A stretch of DNA of 64,000 nucleotides from Balanoglossus misakiensis (Eukaryota; Animalia; Hemichordata): contig CM082592.2 in assembly GCA_040954595.2 (NCBI GenBank), positions 12,060,732 to 12,124,731 of the forward strand, given 5' to 3'. The notes under the pieces are model-generated. The model was given only the letters and a program-made list of their open reading frames with translations. It searched no databases and was not told the origin of the DNA. Position numbers and translations under genes: made by a program. Shown here in pieces: positions 62,101-64,000 of this stretch (its first letter is position 1; the number at the start of each line of letters is the position of its first letter).

Positions 62101-64000
62101 AATTTGGTCATTTTTTGAAAAAATCATGGGTTATAGCTCAGGAAAATCGTCAAAAATCGACGATTTTTCGACTTTGCGAATTTTGAAAATTTGGTCATTT
62201 TTTGAAAAAATCATGGGTTATAGCTCAGGAAAATCGTCAAAAATCGACGATTTTTCGACTTTGCGAATTTTGAAAATTTGGTCATTTTTTGAAAAAATCA
62301 TGGGTTATAGCTCAGGAAAATGTTGAAAAATCGACGATTTTTCGACTTTGCGAATTTTGAAAATTTGGTCATTTTTTGAAAAAATCATGGGTTATAGCTC
62401 AGGAAAATCGTCAAAAATCGACGATTTTTCGACTTTGCGAATTTTGAAAATTTGGTCATTTTTTGAAAAAATCATGGGTTATAGCTCAGGAAAATCGTCA
62501 AAAATCGACGATTTTTCGACTTTGCGAATTTTGAAAATTTGGTCATTTTTTGAAAAAATCATGGGTTATAGCTCAGGAAAATGTTGAAAAATCGACGATT
62601 TTTCGACTTTGCGAATTTTGAAAATTTGGTCATTTTTTGAAAAAATCATGGGTTATAGCTCAGGAAAATGTTGAAAAATCGACGATTTTTCGACTTTGCG
62701 AATTTTGAAAATTTGGTCATTTTTTGAAAAAATCATGGGTTATAGCTCAGGAAAATCGTCAAAAATCGACGATTTTTCGACTTCGCGAATTTTGAAAATT
62801 TGGTCATTTTTTGAAAAAATCATGGGTTATAGCTCAGGAAAATGTTGAAAAATCGACGATTTTTCGACTTTGCGAATTTTGAAAATTTGGTCATTTTTTG
62901 AAAAAAATCATGGGTTATAGCTCAGGAAAATCGTCAAAAATCGACGATTTTTCGACTTTGCGAATTTTGAAAATTTGGTCATTTTTTGAAAAAATCATGG
63001 GTTATAGCTCAGGAAAATCGTCAAAAATCGACGATTTTTCGACTTTGCGAATTTTGAAAATTTGGTAATTTTTTGAAAAAATCATGGGTTATAGCTCAGG
63101 AAAATGTTGAAAAATCGACGATTTTTCGACTTTGCGAATTTTGAAAATTTGGTCATTTTTGAAAAAATCATGGGTTATAGCTCAGGAAAATGTTGAAAAA
63201 TCGACGATTTTTCGACTTTGCGAATTTTGAAAATTTGGTCATTTTTTGAAAAAATCATGGGTTATAGCTCAGGAAAATCGTCAAAAATCGACGATTTTTC
63301 GACTTTGCGAATTTTGAAAATTTGGTCATTTTTTGAAAAAATCATGGGTTATAGCTCAGGAAAATGTTCAAAAATCGACGATTTTTCGACTTTGCGAATT
63401 TTGAAAATTTGGTCATTTTTTGAAAAAATCATGGGTTATAGCTCAGGAAAATGTTGAAAAATCGACGATTTTTCGACTTTGCGAATTTTGAAAATTTGGT
63501 CATTTTTTGAAAAAATCATGGGTTATAGCTCAGGAAAATGTTGAAAAATCGACGATTTTTCGGCTTTGCGAATTTTGAAAATTTGGTCATTTTTTGAAAA
63601 AATCATGGGTTATAGCTCAGGAAAATCGTCAAAAATCGACGATTTTTCGACTTTGCGAATTTTGAAAATTTGGTCATTTTTTGAAAAAATCATGGGTTAT
63701 AGCTCAGGAAAATCGTCAAAAATCGACGATTTTTCGACTTTGCGAATTTTGAAAATTTGGTCATTTTTTGAAAAAATCATGGGTTATAGCTCAGGAAAAT
63801 GTTCAAAAATCGACGATTTTTCGACTTTGCGAATTTTGAAAATTTGGTCATTTTTTGAAAAAATCATGGGTTATAGCTCAGGAAAATGTTGAAAAATCGA
63901 CGATTTTTCGACTTTGCGAATTTTGAAAATTTGGTCATTTTTTGAAAAAATCATGGGTTATAGCTCAGGAAAATGTTGAAAAATCGACGATTTTTCGGCT
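59160..64000. repeat. 87-bp AT-rich tandem satellite, about 55 copies visible, running off the window end
   Basis: Monomer atcatgggttatagctcaggaaaat(cgtc/gttg)aaaaatcgacgatttttcgactttgcgaattttgaaaatttggtcattttttgaaaaa. Near-identical from 59341, with two degenerate copies at the left edge. Confidence 0.98.

Noticed and set aside
59420-63892. Repetitive ORFs (29-aa unit KIMGYSSGKSSKIDDFSTLRILKIWSFFE)
   Set aside because: Artefact of an 87-bp unit divisible by 3. Variant B inserts TGA, indels shift the frame, and there is no synonymous variation or gene context.
59160-64000. CRISPR-like array
   Set aside because: Contiguous near-identical monomers with no unique spacers, no cas genes, and a eukaryotic context.

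Overview
Eukaryotic, intron-rich genomic DNA of moderate GC content, most likely a marine invertebrate deuterostome (hemichordate-like; this is inference from gene content and repeat style). Four multi-exon genes were reconstructed by hand with GT-AG sites and consistent intron phases. (1) + strand C2H2 zinc-finger gene, 1775..10767, 6 exons, 585 aa, 5 fingers, starting with the NuRD-recruiting motif MSRRKQxxP. (2) - strand EMI-domain short collagen of the EMID1/COL26A1 family, 29095..12005, 8 exons, 349 aa, with a 13.8 kb first intron. (3) + strand two-exon uncharacterised protein, 34691..36629, 367 aa, with a twice-repeated IGTPPxHxxLH motif. (4) - strand RDH11/12/13/14-type short-chain dehydrogenase, 47110..41957, 4 exons, 337 aa, with a compact TATA/AP-1/CRE promoter. 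About 47.5-59 kb has no supportable gene. The window ends inside an 87-bp, dyad-rich satellite array (about 59.2 kb to the end) with two main monomer variants and an incipient 5-mer higher-order unit. No prokaryotic features, CRISPR array, rRNA or tRNA were found. I see no clearly new multi-gene system; the best novelty candidates are the NuRD-motif zinc-finger protein, the orphan protein and the satellite structure.
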